Shown here piece by piece: positions 28,164-39,862 of a DNA stretch of 64,000 bases. This DNA comes from Nitrososphaeria archaeon. Its GTDB lineage: Archaea; Thermoproteota; Nitrososphaeria; Nitrososphaerales; JANXEG01. Below the pieces are notes generated by a model. The model was not told the origin of the DNA and did not search any database. It was given only the letters and a program-made list of their open reading frames with translations. The stretch is from positions 130,906-194,905 of the forward strand of contig JARVKA010000004.1 in the NCBI GenBank assembly GCA_029775915.1, read 5' to 3'. Position numbers and translations under genes: made by a program. Positions within the stretch are counted from its first letter, which is position 1; the number at the start of each line of letters is the position of its first letter.

Positions 28164-28784
28164 CTATTTAACTTTACGCTTTAAAATCTCTACCGCATTT
28201 TTAAAATCATCAAGCGTATTAATATTAAAAAAGGTATGTAACTCATAATCGAATTCTTTAAGCTTATTTGTAGATATGTAATTTACTTTTTTTAATCTCT
28301 TAATGATATCTGTATTCCTCATCTCATTATATTCACAAGCCTCTTTGGCCGCTATTAAAGCGGTCTCAACTTTATAAACTGCATGTAATGGTTCAATAAG
28401 ACCATTTGGCCATTTAGGTATAGCAGCATCAAAACCTATTGCTTCATCAAATAAGAATTTAACAATATTGGAGTTAACAAAAGGCATATCACAAGATACT
28501 ATAAAGGCATAATCTGCACTCGTTTTAGATAACCCACTATAAATACCCACTACTGGACTTTGTATAGGGAATGAATCGATTACTATATGCACATTATTTG
28601 GCAATATCTCAGCATACTTTGAAATGATAGAGTTCCTACTTAAAGAAATGATAATTTCATCTGAGAAATTTTTTACCGCATCAAAAACATGTAAAATTAA
28701 TGGTTTATTATTCAAAGGTAGTAATCCTTTATCTAAACCCATTCTTTTACTTTGACCACCTGAGAGAATTACAGTAGCTCTCAC
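28164..28784 (-). CDS. mobA: Molybdenum cofactor guanylyltransferase MobA
   Basis: VILSGGQSKRMGLDKGLLPL N-terminal motif. Length is about 200 aa. Confidence 0.75.
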   Translation of the reverse strand: MRATVILSGGQSKRMGLDKGLLPLNNKPLILHVFDAVKNFSDEIIISLSRNSIISKYAEILPNNVHIVIDSFPIQSPVVGIYSGLSKTSADYAFIVSCDMPFVNSNIVKFLFDEAIGFDAAIPKWPNGLIEPLHAVYKVETALIAAKEACEYNEMRNTDIIKRLKKVNYISTNKLKEFDYELHTFFNINTLDDFKNAVEILKRKVK

Positions 28785-28857
28785 TTAATGCACCTTTAAT
28801 AATTCAATATTTTGCAATCTTAGTCATCACATTTAATAAATCCGCAATTGAAATCAA

Positions 28858-29214
28858 TTACTTACCAAGAGCTTTTTGAATTTCTTTCCGTAAATCTTCG
28901 GGACTCTTTCCTTCAGTATTAATGCCTAATTCCTTTGCTAATTTCTCCAATTTTTCTTTATCGAGATCAACACGCTCCTCAACTTCCTCTTGCCCCCTCT
29001 TAAACTCAGCTTTTGCACGGCCGAGAGATCGAGCAAGCTCAGGAATTTTCTTTGCACCAAATAGAAGTATTATAATAGCAGCTATAATTATAAGCTCCCA
29101 ACCATGTAAACCCCAAATTTGTAAATAATAATTGAGCATTCTTTTATCGCTACTTATTAAAAATAAGGATGATTTTAACCTTTCTATAAAAGATTTCTCA
29201 ATAATTATCCACAC
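28858..29214 (-). CDS. tatA: Twin-arginine translocase subunit TatA/E (paralog 1)
   Basis: TM helix plus hinge and amphipathic helix (WELIIIAAIIILLFGAKKIPELARSLGRAKAEFKRG). The real start is probably the internal ATG at 29139 (MLNYYLQIWGLHGWE...), so the upstream 25 aa are likely not translated. Confidence 0.8.
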   Translation of the reverse strand: MWIIIEKSFIERLKSSLFLISSDKRMLNYYLQIWGLHGWELIIIAAIIILLFGAKKIPELARSLGRAKAEFKRGQEEVEERVDLDKEKLEKLAKELGINTEGKSPEDLRKEIQKALGK

Positions 29215-29263
29215 AATTTAAGATGCCATTTATCGAAATTTTATATCTTTTCCACATTATTTA

Positions 29264-29851
29264 TTATCTCAACTTTAAAAGATCCTCTTTTGTATCTATA
29301 TCGATAAGAACTCTTGGAGATTCAGACTCTACTTTACGTATCTTATTCGAATATTTTATTAAAACTTCTTTAAGCCCCATACCTTTCTCATTAATATTTG
29401 AAATATCATTAAAGATTCTTTTTGAGAATAATATAGGATGGCCTTTCCTACCTTTATAAGATATTACTATTATATCCTCGCCACATTCTTTAAACTCCTT
29501 CACAACTTTATTCACATCCTCAGCCTCTATAAAAGCACAATCCCCAGGTATTATTACAATAGCCTCAGCTTCATTAATTACATGGGAAAGGCCAGCTTTA
29601 ACCGATGTACTCATACCCTCTTCATATTTTGGATTGTATACAATATTGCAATTTAAATCAGATATAACTGATTTAACTTTCTCGCTCTCATATCCAACCA
29701 CTACAACAACTTTATCCACTACAGATTTTAATACCTTACTTACTACCCTTCTTATTATAGGCTCACCATTTAATTTGTAAAGCATTTTATTCTCTTTAAA
29801 GCGCGTTGAAGCACCAGCCGCTAATATTATAGCAATTATAGATCTTACCAT
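29264..29851 (-). CDS. MobA-like NTP-transferase, probably molybdenum cofactor cytidylyltransferase (MocA type)
   Basis: AIILAAGASTRFKENKML N-terminal motif. 195 aa. It is directly followed by xdhC with a 2-nt gap. Confidence 0.68.
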   Translation of the reverse strand: MVRSIIAIILAAGASTRFKENKMLYKLNGEPIIRRVVSKVLKSVVDKVVVVVGYESEKVKSVISDLNCNIVYNPKYEEGMSTSVKAGLSHVINEAEAIVIIPGDCAFIEAEDVNKVVKEFKECGEDIIVISYKGRKGHPILFSKRIFNDISNINEKGMGLKEVLIKYSNKIRKVESESPRVLIDIDTKEDLLKLR

Positions 29852-29853
29852 AA

Positions 29854-30753
29854 TTATTCTAAAAATTGTTTTACTAAGTTTAAATGATCTATCACTTCTT
29901 TTTTTCCTTTCTTTAACTTCAAAATCTCTGTAATGATGCTAAGAGCAATCTCTTCAGGTGTATCAGAATTTATATCTAAGCCTATTGGTGCATAAAGCCT
30001 ATTTGCAAACTCATCACTTTTAAATCCATCATCTTTAAGCCTTTTAATGAAGGTTGAAACCTTAAGCTTACTACCAAGTAAACCTATATATCGAGCTTTT
30101 GATTTTAAAGCTACTTTTAAGGCTTTATAATCTTCTTCTAAATCACCATGAACTATAGCTATGTAATCACAATATCTTGCAAGATTTATCATTCGATTTA
30201 AAGCTTCATTAAAGTCTTCCTCTAAAATAAGATTTTCAACTTTAGAGAATACTTCACTTAATTGAGTCTTTTTTGAGCTAATTACAAAAATTTCAAATTT
30301 AAGGATTGATGCAATTTTAACTAATGCTTGAGCTATATCACCACTCCCAACTATTATGAGTCTAGGTATAGGTTTTATTACATCAATGAATACCTTTGCC
30401 TCTCCACCACACAATTGGCTTGTAACCACACTTTCTGGCTTCGTTAGTGGTGAAAAAGAATAAGATACTATTTTAGAGTTTCCATCTTTTAATGCTTTAA
30501 CCGCATCTTCAATCAAAAGCTCTTCAAATTTACCCCCACCTATAGTTCCAAAAGATGACTTATCCTCAAAAACTAGCATTTTAGTCCCAACATCTCTTGG
30601 AGCTGAGCCAATTTTATCCACAATTGTACAAAGCGCTACTGATCTTCCAGCTTTAATGCATTCTAAAAGTTTTTCTAATACTTCAAGATTTTCTTTCAAT
30701 CCCAAATAAATGAATAATGTTAGGGGCTTTTTAATTTTATTGTAGCATAACAA
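29854..30753 (-). CDS. xdhC: XdhC/CoxI-family molybdoenzyme maturation factor
   Basis: N-terminal XdhC_CoxI-type region (ALCTIVDKIGSAPRDVGTKMLV) and a C-terminal Rossmann-like part (LIIVGSGDIAQAL). Confidence 0.75.
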   Translation of the reverse strand: MLCYNKIKKPLTLFIYLGLKENLEVLEKLLECIKAGRSVALCTIVDKIGSAPRDVGTKMLVFEDKSSFGTIGGGKFEELLIEDAVKALKDGNSKIVSYSFSPLTKPESVVTSQLCGGEAKVFIDVIKPIPRLIIVGSGDIAQALVKIASILKFEIFVISSKKTQLSEVFSKVENLILEEDFNEALNRMINLARYCDYIAIVHGDLEEDYKALKVALKSKARYIGLLGSKLKVSTFIKRLKDDGFKSDEFANRLYAPIGLDINSDTPEEIALSIITEILKLKKGKKEVIDHLNLVKQFLE

Positions 30754-31021
30754 GTAAAATCTGCTTTCTCCTTGATTAATGTTATGAGTTTAAAGTTTGA
30801 ATCGAGTGGGATTTTCATGGTTCCATTATAAACTATTTTATAATGCTAATATTTCATTCTGATTGGATATTTTGATTTTTAGATTACTACAATTGATTAT
30901 TTGAATCTCTTCATTTTATTAATTAGATTTTCGCTATGCATTATCCAAAATAATATTATAATGCTACAAGGGAATAATTTTATAGGATTTTTAAAAGTGA
31001 TTTGTAAAGTTAAACGTTAGG

Positions 31022-32791
31022 ATGTGCGGCATTATCGGATACATCGGTGAAGAAAGTGCTGCTACCATTCTATTGAATGGTTTAAAGAGGTTGGAATATA
31101 GAGGTTATGACTCAGCTGGTATGTGTACAATCGATCAAAGTAAGATTCAAATAAAAAAGGGTGTGGGAAAGGTTGATGAGATTCATAAAAAGCTCAATCT
31201 CACAAATTTATCTGGCAATATTGGTATCGCTCATACAAGATGGGCTACACATGGCAAGGTTACTATTGCTAATGCTCATCCTCATACATCATGCAAAGAA
31301 GATATTGCTATAGTTCATAATGGTACAATTGAGAATTATCAAGAATTAAAAGAGATTTTAATCAAAGATGGGCATAATTTTAAAAGTGAGACAGATAGTG
31401 AGGTTATTGCACATTTAATCGAGAAGTTTTATCTTGAGTATAAGGATGAAGAGAAAGCGGTTTTAACCGTAGCAAATATGCTAAAAGGCGCATTTGCATT
31501 TGCTGCCATCTTTCAAAAGAATCCAAATATTTTGATTGGTGTGAGAAAAGATTCACCATTGGTAATTGGTATTGGTAAGGATGGTTATTTTCTCGCTAGT
31601 GATATTCTCGCATTTATCGATCATACCGATCGAGCGATTTTTTTAGATAATCAAGAAATCGCTATTGTGAGTAGGAAAGGGGTTAAAATACTCACCTTTA
31701 ATGGTTTAGAAGTTAATAAAAGCATAACTCAAGTTGCGTGGGAAGTGAGCGATGTATCGAAGAAAGAATTTAAACACTTTACTTTAAAGGAGATAAAGGA
31801 ACAAGTTTATACCGTTAGAGCAGCTCTTAATCAAGATTTGAATAAAATCGATGAATTTTGCAATAAGATTAAAAATGCAAAAAGAATCTATGTTGTGGCG
31901 TGTGGTACAAGTTATCATGCAGGATTGATGGCAAAGCACCTCTTCAATAAATTAGCCAAGATTTACATCGAGCCGATTATAGCTAGTGAATTTTTGCATT
32001 ATGGGGATTTAACTGATGGAGGCTCTGTAATAATTGCAATATCACAAAGTGGTGAGACTGCGGATGTGTTGAATGTGGTGAGAGAAGCACGTAAGCAAGG
32101 GTTGAAAGTATTTGCCATTGTTAACTCAGTGAGTTCATCCTTAGTTAGAGAGAGCGATCTCAGTTTATTCATTAATTGCGGTCCAGAGATTGGCGTAGCT
32201 GCGACTAAGAGCTTTACATCCCAATTGGTAATAATTTATTTATTAGCTTTAAAGCTCGCTGGCTTATCAATTGAAGATAGCGGCCTTTTAAAGCTTTCAA
32301 AATATGTGAGAGAGGTTTTGAAATTAGAAGATGAAATTCAAAAAATATCATTGAAGTATTATAACAATGGGGATTTTTACTATGTGGGTAGAGGGCCGCA
32401 CTTTCCAATAGCTTTAGAGGGTGCATTAAAATTAAAGGAGTTAGCTTACATCCATGCTGAAGGTATGCCTGCTGGAGAATTGAAGCATGGAACTTTAGCC
32501 CTTATAAATGATGGTACTCCTGTAGTTGTACTCAATCCATACGATGAGACATATTTCGAGACTTTGGGAAATGCGGCTGAGATGAAGGCAAGGGGTGCAA
32601 AGATTATTGGTGTATCGGATAGGATGAATGAAATTTATGATGATTTCATTCATTTACCAACCGTTAATAAGCTACTCTACCCCATTATTGAAGTAATACC
32701 TCTTCAACTCCTTGCATATTACATCACAATAGCGAGAAAACAAGATCCAGATTATCCGAGAAATTTAGCAAAGTCAGTGACTGTTAAATAA
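31022..32791 (+). CDS. glmS: Glutamine--fructose-6-phosphate aminotransferase (isomerizing)
   Basis: MCGIIGY N-terminal nucleophile, two SIS domains (ACGTSYHAG, ISQSGETADV) and a C-terminal ...LAKSVTVK. Length is 589 aa. Confidence 0.95.
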   Translation: MCGIIGYIGEESAATILLNGLKRLEYRGYDSAGMCTIDQSKIQIKKGVGKVDEIHKKLNLTNLSGNIGIAHTRWATHGKVTIANAHPHTSCKEDIAIVHNGTIENYQELKEILIKDGHNFKSETDSEVIAHLIEKFYLEYKDEEKAVLTVANMLKGAFAFAAIFQKNPNILIGVRKDSPLVIGIGKDGYFLASDILAFIDHTDRAIFLDNQEIAIVSRKGVKILTFNGLEVNKSITQVAWEVSDVSKKEFKHFTLKEIKEQVYTVRAALNQDLNKIDEFCNKIKNAKRIYVVACGTSYHAGLMAKHLFNKLAKIYIEPIIASEFLHYGDLTDGGSVIIAISQSGETADVLNVVREARKQGLKVFAIVNSVSSSLVRESDLSLFINCGPEIGVAATKSFTSQLVIIYLLALKLAGLSIEDSGLLKLSKYVREVLKLEDEIQKISLKYYNNGDFYYVGRGPHFPIALEGALKLKELAYIHAEGMPAGELKHGTLALINDGTPVVVLNPYDETYFETLGNAAEMKARGAKIIGVSDRMNEIYDDFIHLPTVNKLLYPIIEVIPLQLLAYYITIARKQDPDYPRNLAKSVTVK

Positions 32792-33227
32792 GTTGATTAA
32801 ATGATTAAGGTATTCCGAATAATGATATTGCTTTTTATATCATTTATAATGCTTTCATAATATTTGATTACTCACGCTATGCATAATCTTTGCGCAACCT
32901 GTGGAGATACCATCAGCCTTGAGCGGTTGGGAGTGGCGGGCTGAACCGGTCGAAGGAAACCTTCTTCCGGCGTACACCCCCACCCCATCAACGCCATCTT
33001 CTATGGCGGCTCTCGTTCACACACCCCTCTTGTGGAGGGATGTGTGAAAGGTTGTCTTTTCTCGGGAGGGGCTTCGAGCTTAGATGCTTTCAGCTCTTAT
33101 CCACCAACAGCTTAGCTGCCCGGCTGTGCCCTCTCGGACAACCGGTAGACCAGAGGCTGCGTTGCCCCGTTCCTCTCGTACTAAGGGCAACTTCCCCTCA
33201 GACAACCACCGCCCCCATCAGATAAAG

Positions 33228-33282
<55 letters not shown>

Positions 33283-33342
33283 GCAGCCCCACCCTTGGCC
33301 CCTGCTGCAGGACCAGGATGGGAAGAGCCGACATCGAGGTAC

Positions 33343-33380
<38 letters not shown>

Positions 33381-33906
33381 GCCTGTTATCCCTGGGGTAA
33401 CTTTTCTGTCACCTCCAGCCCCCAACAGTGGGGACATGAAGGATCGCTAGGCCAAGCTTTCGCTCCTGGATCCCTCGCGTTTAAGGATCCAGTCAGGCCG
33501 GCTTTTAGCCTTGCCCTCTACGGTGGAGTTCTGACCCACCTGAGCCGACCTTTGGGCCCCCTCGATACCTTTTCAAGGGGGTGCCGCCCCAGCCGAACTG
33601 CCCGCCTGCCGTTGTCCCTCTTACGAGGTTAGCGACGTAGCGATGAGAGGCTGGTGTTACACTTGCGCCTCTGATACCCCCGGAAAGGTATCTTCATAAG
33701 CTCCCAGCTACTCTCTGCTCCCACAGCCACATCGCAGCGACAGGTTGCAGTAAAGCTCCACAGGGACTTCTTTTCCCGATGGGGGTTCGTGGACTGTTCG
33801 TCCACGTCATGTGGGTTCGCCGGGTTGCAGGCGGGGACAGCGAGGCCCTCGTTGATCCATTCATGCACGTCGGAACTTACCCGACAAGGCATTTGGCTAC
33901 CTTAAG

Positions 33907-34646
33907 CAACCCTTTGGTTAGGGTTGGACCATATCTTCACCCTTATCGGGTGCTCGGCGTATGGTCTCTGAGGCGCCCACCCGCCGCTCTATCTCCAACA
34001 ATATATCATTCAATTTATAACTACTTTTTTGAGATAGTTGATAAGCTTTTTCTAAGAGGTTCTTAAATCCCTTAAAGTTTTTATGCTCCCCTCTCTCTAA
34101 TCTCTCAACAATCTCTGCAAAGTTTTTAAATTCTTCCCATTTTATAATAGGTTTGTGCTTTTTAAAGAATGGAATTATTTTTTCTACAAGGCTTCTTCGT
34201 GCATCTACAACATATTGAAGCATTGAGTTTTCTTGTCCTGGTTTAGGAATTATTCGACCACAATTGAATACTTTTTTTAATAGGTAAAGTACGAGCGCTT
34301 TCTCCTTCCTTTGTGTAACGTGGAATACTGGATCTATCACCCAACCAAACCTTGTATCTTCTTGTTTCTTTATAGATATAGAGAAGCACCCTTCGCCATC
34401 TACTAAACCGACGATGTAATAGTAAAGATACTTTCTTCTATGTGGTAGCATCATCGGATCGATGAGGTCTTTGAACTCATAAAGCAAGCTCTTCGCCAAT
34501 TTTATTTTTCATTGATTCTATTATAAAGCTTTGGAAGCGGGTGGTTCCCTGCGGGTGAGAAACATACAGTCAGCCACTATTCCCTACCCGGGGGGCTGAC
34601 ATTCTTCCTTCCCCGCATATAGCCGAGTTTAACGACTCCCTAACTT
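33907..34646 (-). mobile_element. Archaeal-type 23S rRNA intron carrying a homing-endonuclease ORF (boundaries +/-2 nt)
   Basis: The exon sequence GGGAGUAACUCUGACUCUC (ending at plus 34647) is continued only at CUUAAGGUAGCCAAAUGCC (plus 33906 downward). In uninterrupted 23S rRNAs these two blocks are contiguous. The intervening 740 nt has GC-rich ends and an AT-rich ORF. Confidence 0.8.
33918..34499 (-). CDS. LAGLIDADG homing endonuclease, single-motif (I-CreI-like, homodimer-type)
   Basis: There is one LAGLIDADG motif (YYYIVGLVDGEGCFSISI) and an I-CreI-like downstream pattern (FHVTQRKEKALVLYLLKKVFNCGRI...LVEKIIPFFKKH). 193 aa. The start is TTG, with in-frame ATGs at codons 16-17. The stop lies 11 nt from the intron 3' end. 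Confidence 0.9.
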   Translation of the reverse strand: MAKSLLYEFKDLIDPMMLPHRRKYLYYYIVGLVDGEGCFSISIKKQEDTRFGWVIDPVFHVTQRKEKALVLYLLKKVFNCGRIIPKPGQENSMLQYVVDARRSLVEKIIPFFKKHKPIIKWEEFKNFAEIVERLERGEHKNFKGFKNLLEKAYQLSQKSSYKLNDILLEIERRVGASETIRRAPDKGEDMVQP

Positions 34647-36175
34647 GAGAGTCAGAGTTACTCCCGGCGTTAAGCGGCCCTTAGCCCGGTTGTACCCGGG
34701 TTTTAGGTACCGCCACTGGCCAGGATTCAGGGGCTGTACTCATCCTTTCGGACTAGCAGCCCCCTATGTTTTTATTAAACAGTCGGGACCTCCTTGTCAC
34801 TGCGACCTGCAGTCCCAGCTTATCGCTAAGACTACAGGCACCCCTTATCCCTAAGTTACGGGGCTAATTTGCCGAGTTCCCTCGCCTGCGGTAAACCCGA
34901 CACACCTGAGGCTTCTCACCTAGGGGCACCTGTGTCGGTTCTTGGTACGAGCTCAAAGATACCTCTCCAATCCCATTTTCATGGTCTCCCAGAATCGGGT
35001 GTACCCGCCATAAGGCAGGCCATTCTCGCCTCGGCTGAGTTCTCGTCATTACGACACTCCCCCAGCCTCGGACGATTAGACAGAGCGAGGGCTCTGCACA
35101 CCCTATCTGGAAGCGTTGGGATTGGATGTGTACTTGCTTGCGCAAGTACGCGGTACCTTTGAGGCACCGGAATATTAACCGGTTTCCCTAGTTCGCGTAG
35201 CTCCCTTGGGGCTACGCTTAGGATCGGCTAACTCCTGGCTGACGATCATTGCCAGGAAAACCTGGCCCCTCCGGTGGTCGGGATTCTCACCCGACTACGC
35301 TGCTACTACCGCCAGGATCTGCAATAGAGGCCGGTCCATAGGACCTCACGGCCCTACTTCTACCCAGCCTCTACGCCCACCTACCACACACTCCTAAATA
35401 GGAGTGGTCTGGAGTATCGGCAGCTGGCTTGAGCCCCGTCCATTTTCGTGGCCCCCAAGCTCGGCAGGTGAGCTGTTACGCACTCTTTAAAGGATGGCTG
35501 CTTCTAAGCCTACCTCCCTGCTGTCTAAGCTTGGGGACGCACTTTGGTTTGACACTTAGCCAGCATTTGGGGGCCTTAACTCCAGTCTGGGTTGTCCCCC
35601 TCTCGGTTGTGAGGCTTACCCCGCACAAACCCGTCTCCGGGCTTCTACTATGCTGATGCCTTCGGAGTTTGAAAGATGAGCGGGATCTTTCGATCCCTTA
35701 CTCATCGATCAGTGCTCTACAGCATCAGCCATATCCGCCCGGGCCTGGCTGCGACCAGCTTCGGTGGGAACTAGCTATCACCAGACTAGATTGGCTTTTG
35801 GCCCCTTGCCCTGAGTCAGGGGACCGATTTGCACGTCAGGACCCTTTCGGACCTCCACCAGGCTTTCGCCTGGCTTCGTCCTGCTCAGGGCAAGATCGTC
35901 TGGTTTCTAGTCTTACCGCCATGACTAAAGGCCCTTTCAGACCCCTTCCCTCACCATGTAAAAAACATGGCTGCGGAAAGTCGGTTTCCCTTCGCCTTCG
36001 GGCTTAAAAGCCCTTAGGCTCGCCATGGCGGTAAACTCCCTGGCCCGTGTTTCTAGACGGAGCGCACCACTCTGAGGATTTACACTCCCTACCCTTGCGG
36101 GTAGAGAGCTTAATCCTCTTTCAAGCGGTGCACGTCTGTAACCGTCTGGTTTCAGGCTCTTTTCACACCCCTTTC

Positions 36176-36207
<32 letters not shown>

Positions 36208-36862
36208 TTGCGCTATCGGTCTTGAGACGTATTTAGCCTTGGAGGCTGCTTTCCCCCATCTTCCCTAGCCACTGCCAAGGCCAGGTACTCTAGTTAACAG
36301 CACAACCCCTCACCTTCTTCGCCTACGGGAGTATCACCCTCTATGCTGGGCCGTTCCAGGCCACTTCGGCTCAAAAGTGAGGGATTGTATAATGCTGTTA
36401 ACATACACTACATCTCCACTAAGTTGCCTTAGCGGATTCAGTTTGGGCTCTCCCCTTTTCGCTCGCCGCTACTCAGGGGATCTCGATTGATTTCTTTTCC
36501 TCCTCCTACTCAGATGCTTCCTTTCGGAGGGTTCGCGCTCCCATAAGGGAGCATTAGGATACCGTTTTTAACGGTATCCTAATGGGAAGTCCCATTCGGG
36601 GATCCTCGGATCAAAGGCTGCTTGCGCCTACCCGAGGCTTATCGCAGCTTGCCACGCCCTTCGTCGCCGCTCAAGCCTAGCCATCCACCAGACGGCGTCG
36701 TTGCCTCAGGCATCTCCACAGATGCTTGCGCGATTATGCATAGCGATCATCGTGAACTAAAGTAAATAGTTCACTACGCCCTTCACCCAGTAATCATCTT
36801 ACTGAGTTGCATCAAAAATTGGCCGTATGCCCATTCTACAACTCGATCGTGCTTAATATCTA

Positions 36863-38362
<1,500 letters not shown>

Positions 38363-38540
38363 TCGTGGGGAGCACGATCGAGTTAATGTAGAGAGCATAC
38401 GGCCCATATCAGATTCAACATGATGTTGAATCTTCATTTTGTAAGCGTATCTGGAGGTTGGTATTTCATCGCTAGGGCAAAAGCCCTTAAGCTTAATACA
38501 AACGCCGCCTAGGATACGCCATTAGATAATGATAATTAAG

Positions 38541-38550
38541 TTTAATATAA
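38541..38550 (-). promoter_or_regulatory. Candidate TATA box of the rRNA operon promoter
   Basis: The minus strand reads TTATATTAAA. About 20-25 nt downstream the sequence changes abruptly from AT-rich to GC-rich (about 38520), as expected for the start of a structured 5' leader. A second candidate (TTTAAAATAT, plus 38561-38570) cannot be excluded. Confidence 0.3.
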
Positions 38551-38653
38551 GCTTTGCTTAATATTTTAAAGGATTATTGAGAAAAATTTTATACTCTTTT
38601 AAATGAGTTGATTTATGAAAAATAATATTAAAGGCACATAGATTTTACAACTT

Positions 38654-39862
38654 TTATAAATATACTCTCGCACCCTCCATAGTTATTGCATTCATAGGGC
38701 ATAATGATACACAAAGTCCACAACCATCACACTTCATTTTATCTATTGATGCAATCTCTTTTTTACCAATTGTCCTCATCGTTATCGCATCATAAAAGCA
38801 CCAATTTAAGCACAATCGGCATCCATTACACTTTTCCTCATTTACTACAGACCATAGCTTAGTATCTCTATCAATCTTATCGAATGGTAGTATTTGATTG
38901 AGTATGATCCCTTTAAACTCATTTATTTTATTAAAACCTTTTCGCTCCATAAACTCCTTCAAACCATCAATGAAGTTTTTAACAATACCATAACCAAATC
39001 TTCCATACATTATAGCAGTACATGTTTGAACAGTTGAGGCGCCACACATTATACATTTAACAATATCTTGCCATGTCCAAATACCATTCGTAGCGGATAT
39101 AGGTATTTTAATCTCCATTGCTAACTTTGCAATCCATTTTAATGTAATTGGTAGCATCCATGGCCCTCCAACACCAGCGAATGTTGAGTGTAATAAAGGC
39201 CTACAACTCTCAATATCTATATCTAAAGCTGGATATCGATTAATCGCAGTTATACCATCTACACCAGCTTTTTCAAGCTCTTTCGCAACCTCAACTACAT
39301 CAACACCTTCTGGTGTTAATTTTGCGAATATTGGTATGTTAACAATACTTTTAACAGACTTTACAATCTCTGCACAAATCTTTGCATCACGCCCCAACTC
39401 AAAACCCATTTTTAAGCCCTTAGGATGGGGGCAACCAAAATTTAATTCAATCATATCCACACCAGCTTCCATCACCATTTTTGATAATTTAATCCAATCA
39501 TCAACATCCTTTCCAGCTACACTACCTATTAGAATGGTATTATTTCTCTCACAATACTTCTTTACTTCCTTTAACTCATTAACCCAATCCTCTGGTGTGT
39601 ATGTAGCAAGAAATTCACAAGAATAGTTAGAAAAGCAATAAGGCCATCCCTTTTTATATAAAATTGTAAATCTTGGGCGAACATATTTTCTCATCATTTC
39701 TTCTGAAGATATACTTTTTGCAATTATTGCACCAGCACCACTATCCACAGCTTTTTTCATATACTTTGCATCTTTCGTTGGTGTTGCTGAAGCTATCACA
39801 ATGGGATTCTTAAACTCTATACCACACACATTTACAGTAAGATCAACAGCCATTTTTCTCAC
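38654..39862 (-). CDS. Dihydroorotate-dehydrogenase-fold flavoprotein with a C-terminal 2x[4Fe-4S] ferredoxin domain (PreA / dihydropyrimidine-dehydrogenase subunit B-like)
   Basis: DHOD/DPD TIM-barrel pattern (FKNPIVIASATPTK, ELNFGCPHP, NGIWTW) plus two Cys clusters (CNGCRLCLNWC, CDGCGLCVSLCP). At 402 aa it is similar in size to E. coli PreA. Confidence 0.72.
   Translation of the reverse strand: MRKMAVDLTVNVCGIEFKNPIVIASATPTKDAKYMKKAVDSGAGAIIAKSISSEEMMRKYVRPRFTILYKKGWPYCFSNYSCEFLATYTPEDWVNELKEVKKYCERNNTILIGSVAGKDVDDWIKLSKMVMEAGVDMIELNFGCPHPKGLKMGFELGRDAKICAEIVKSVKSIVNIPIFAKLTPEGVDVVEVAKELEKAGVDGITAINRYPALDIDIESCRPLLHSTFAGVGGPWMLPITLKWIAKLAMEIKIPISATNGIWTWQDIVKCIMCGASTVQTCTAIMYGRFGYGIVKNFIDGLKEFMERKGFNKINEFKGIILNQILPFDKIDRDTKLWSVVNEEKCNGCRLCLNWCFYDAITMRTIGKKEIASIDKMKCDGCGLCVSLCPMNAITMEGARVYL

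Noticed and set aside
28858-29214. The N-terminal 25 aa of TatA paralog 1, the 15 aa of paralog 2 (42594-42638) and the hydrophobic 17-aa leader of ApgM (24178-24228) as possible genuine extensions or signal peptides.
   Set aside because: In each case an internal ATG or GTG restores the canonical family N-terminus (MLNYYLQIWGL..., MQDLILQIFGL..., MGLLAKLLYVLLDGVGD). The longest-ORF starts are most likely artefacts of the ORF caller.
30926-30945. GATTTTCGCTATGCATTATC upstream of glmS resembles the 23S processing-stem flank in 17 of 20 positions (reverse complement of 36741-36760, also 32875-32888). A TTATAATGCT motif recurs at 30839, 30955 and 32845. I considered a relic of rRNA-flank duplication or an insertion footprint around glmS.
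   Set aside because: The matches are short, centred on the near-palindrome TATGCATA, and not collinear beyond 20 nt. In 64 kb of AT-rich sequence many 17/20 pairs are expected by chance. TTATAATGCT is plausibly just a TATA-like promoter word.
36552-36584. A perfect 13-bp AT-richer hairpin (CATTAGGATACCG-loop-CGGTATCCTAATG) inside the 5' domain of the 23S. It looked like a possible mini-intron or insertion.
   Set aside because: It aligns by position with a normal domain I hairpin, the E. coli region CCCAGUGUGUUUCGACACACUAUC between the GAAUGGGG and GGCGAACC blocks. It is therefore an ordinary variable helix, with no exon discontinuity.
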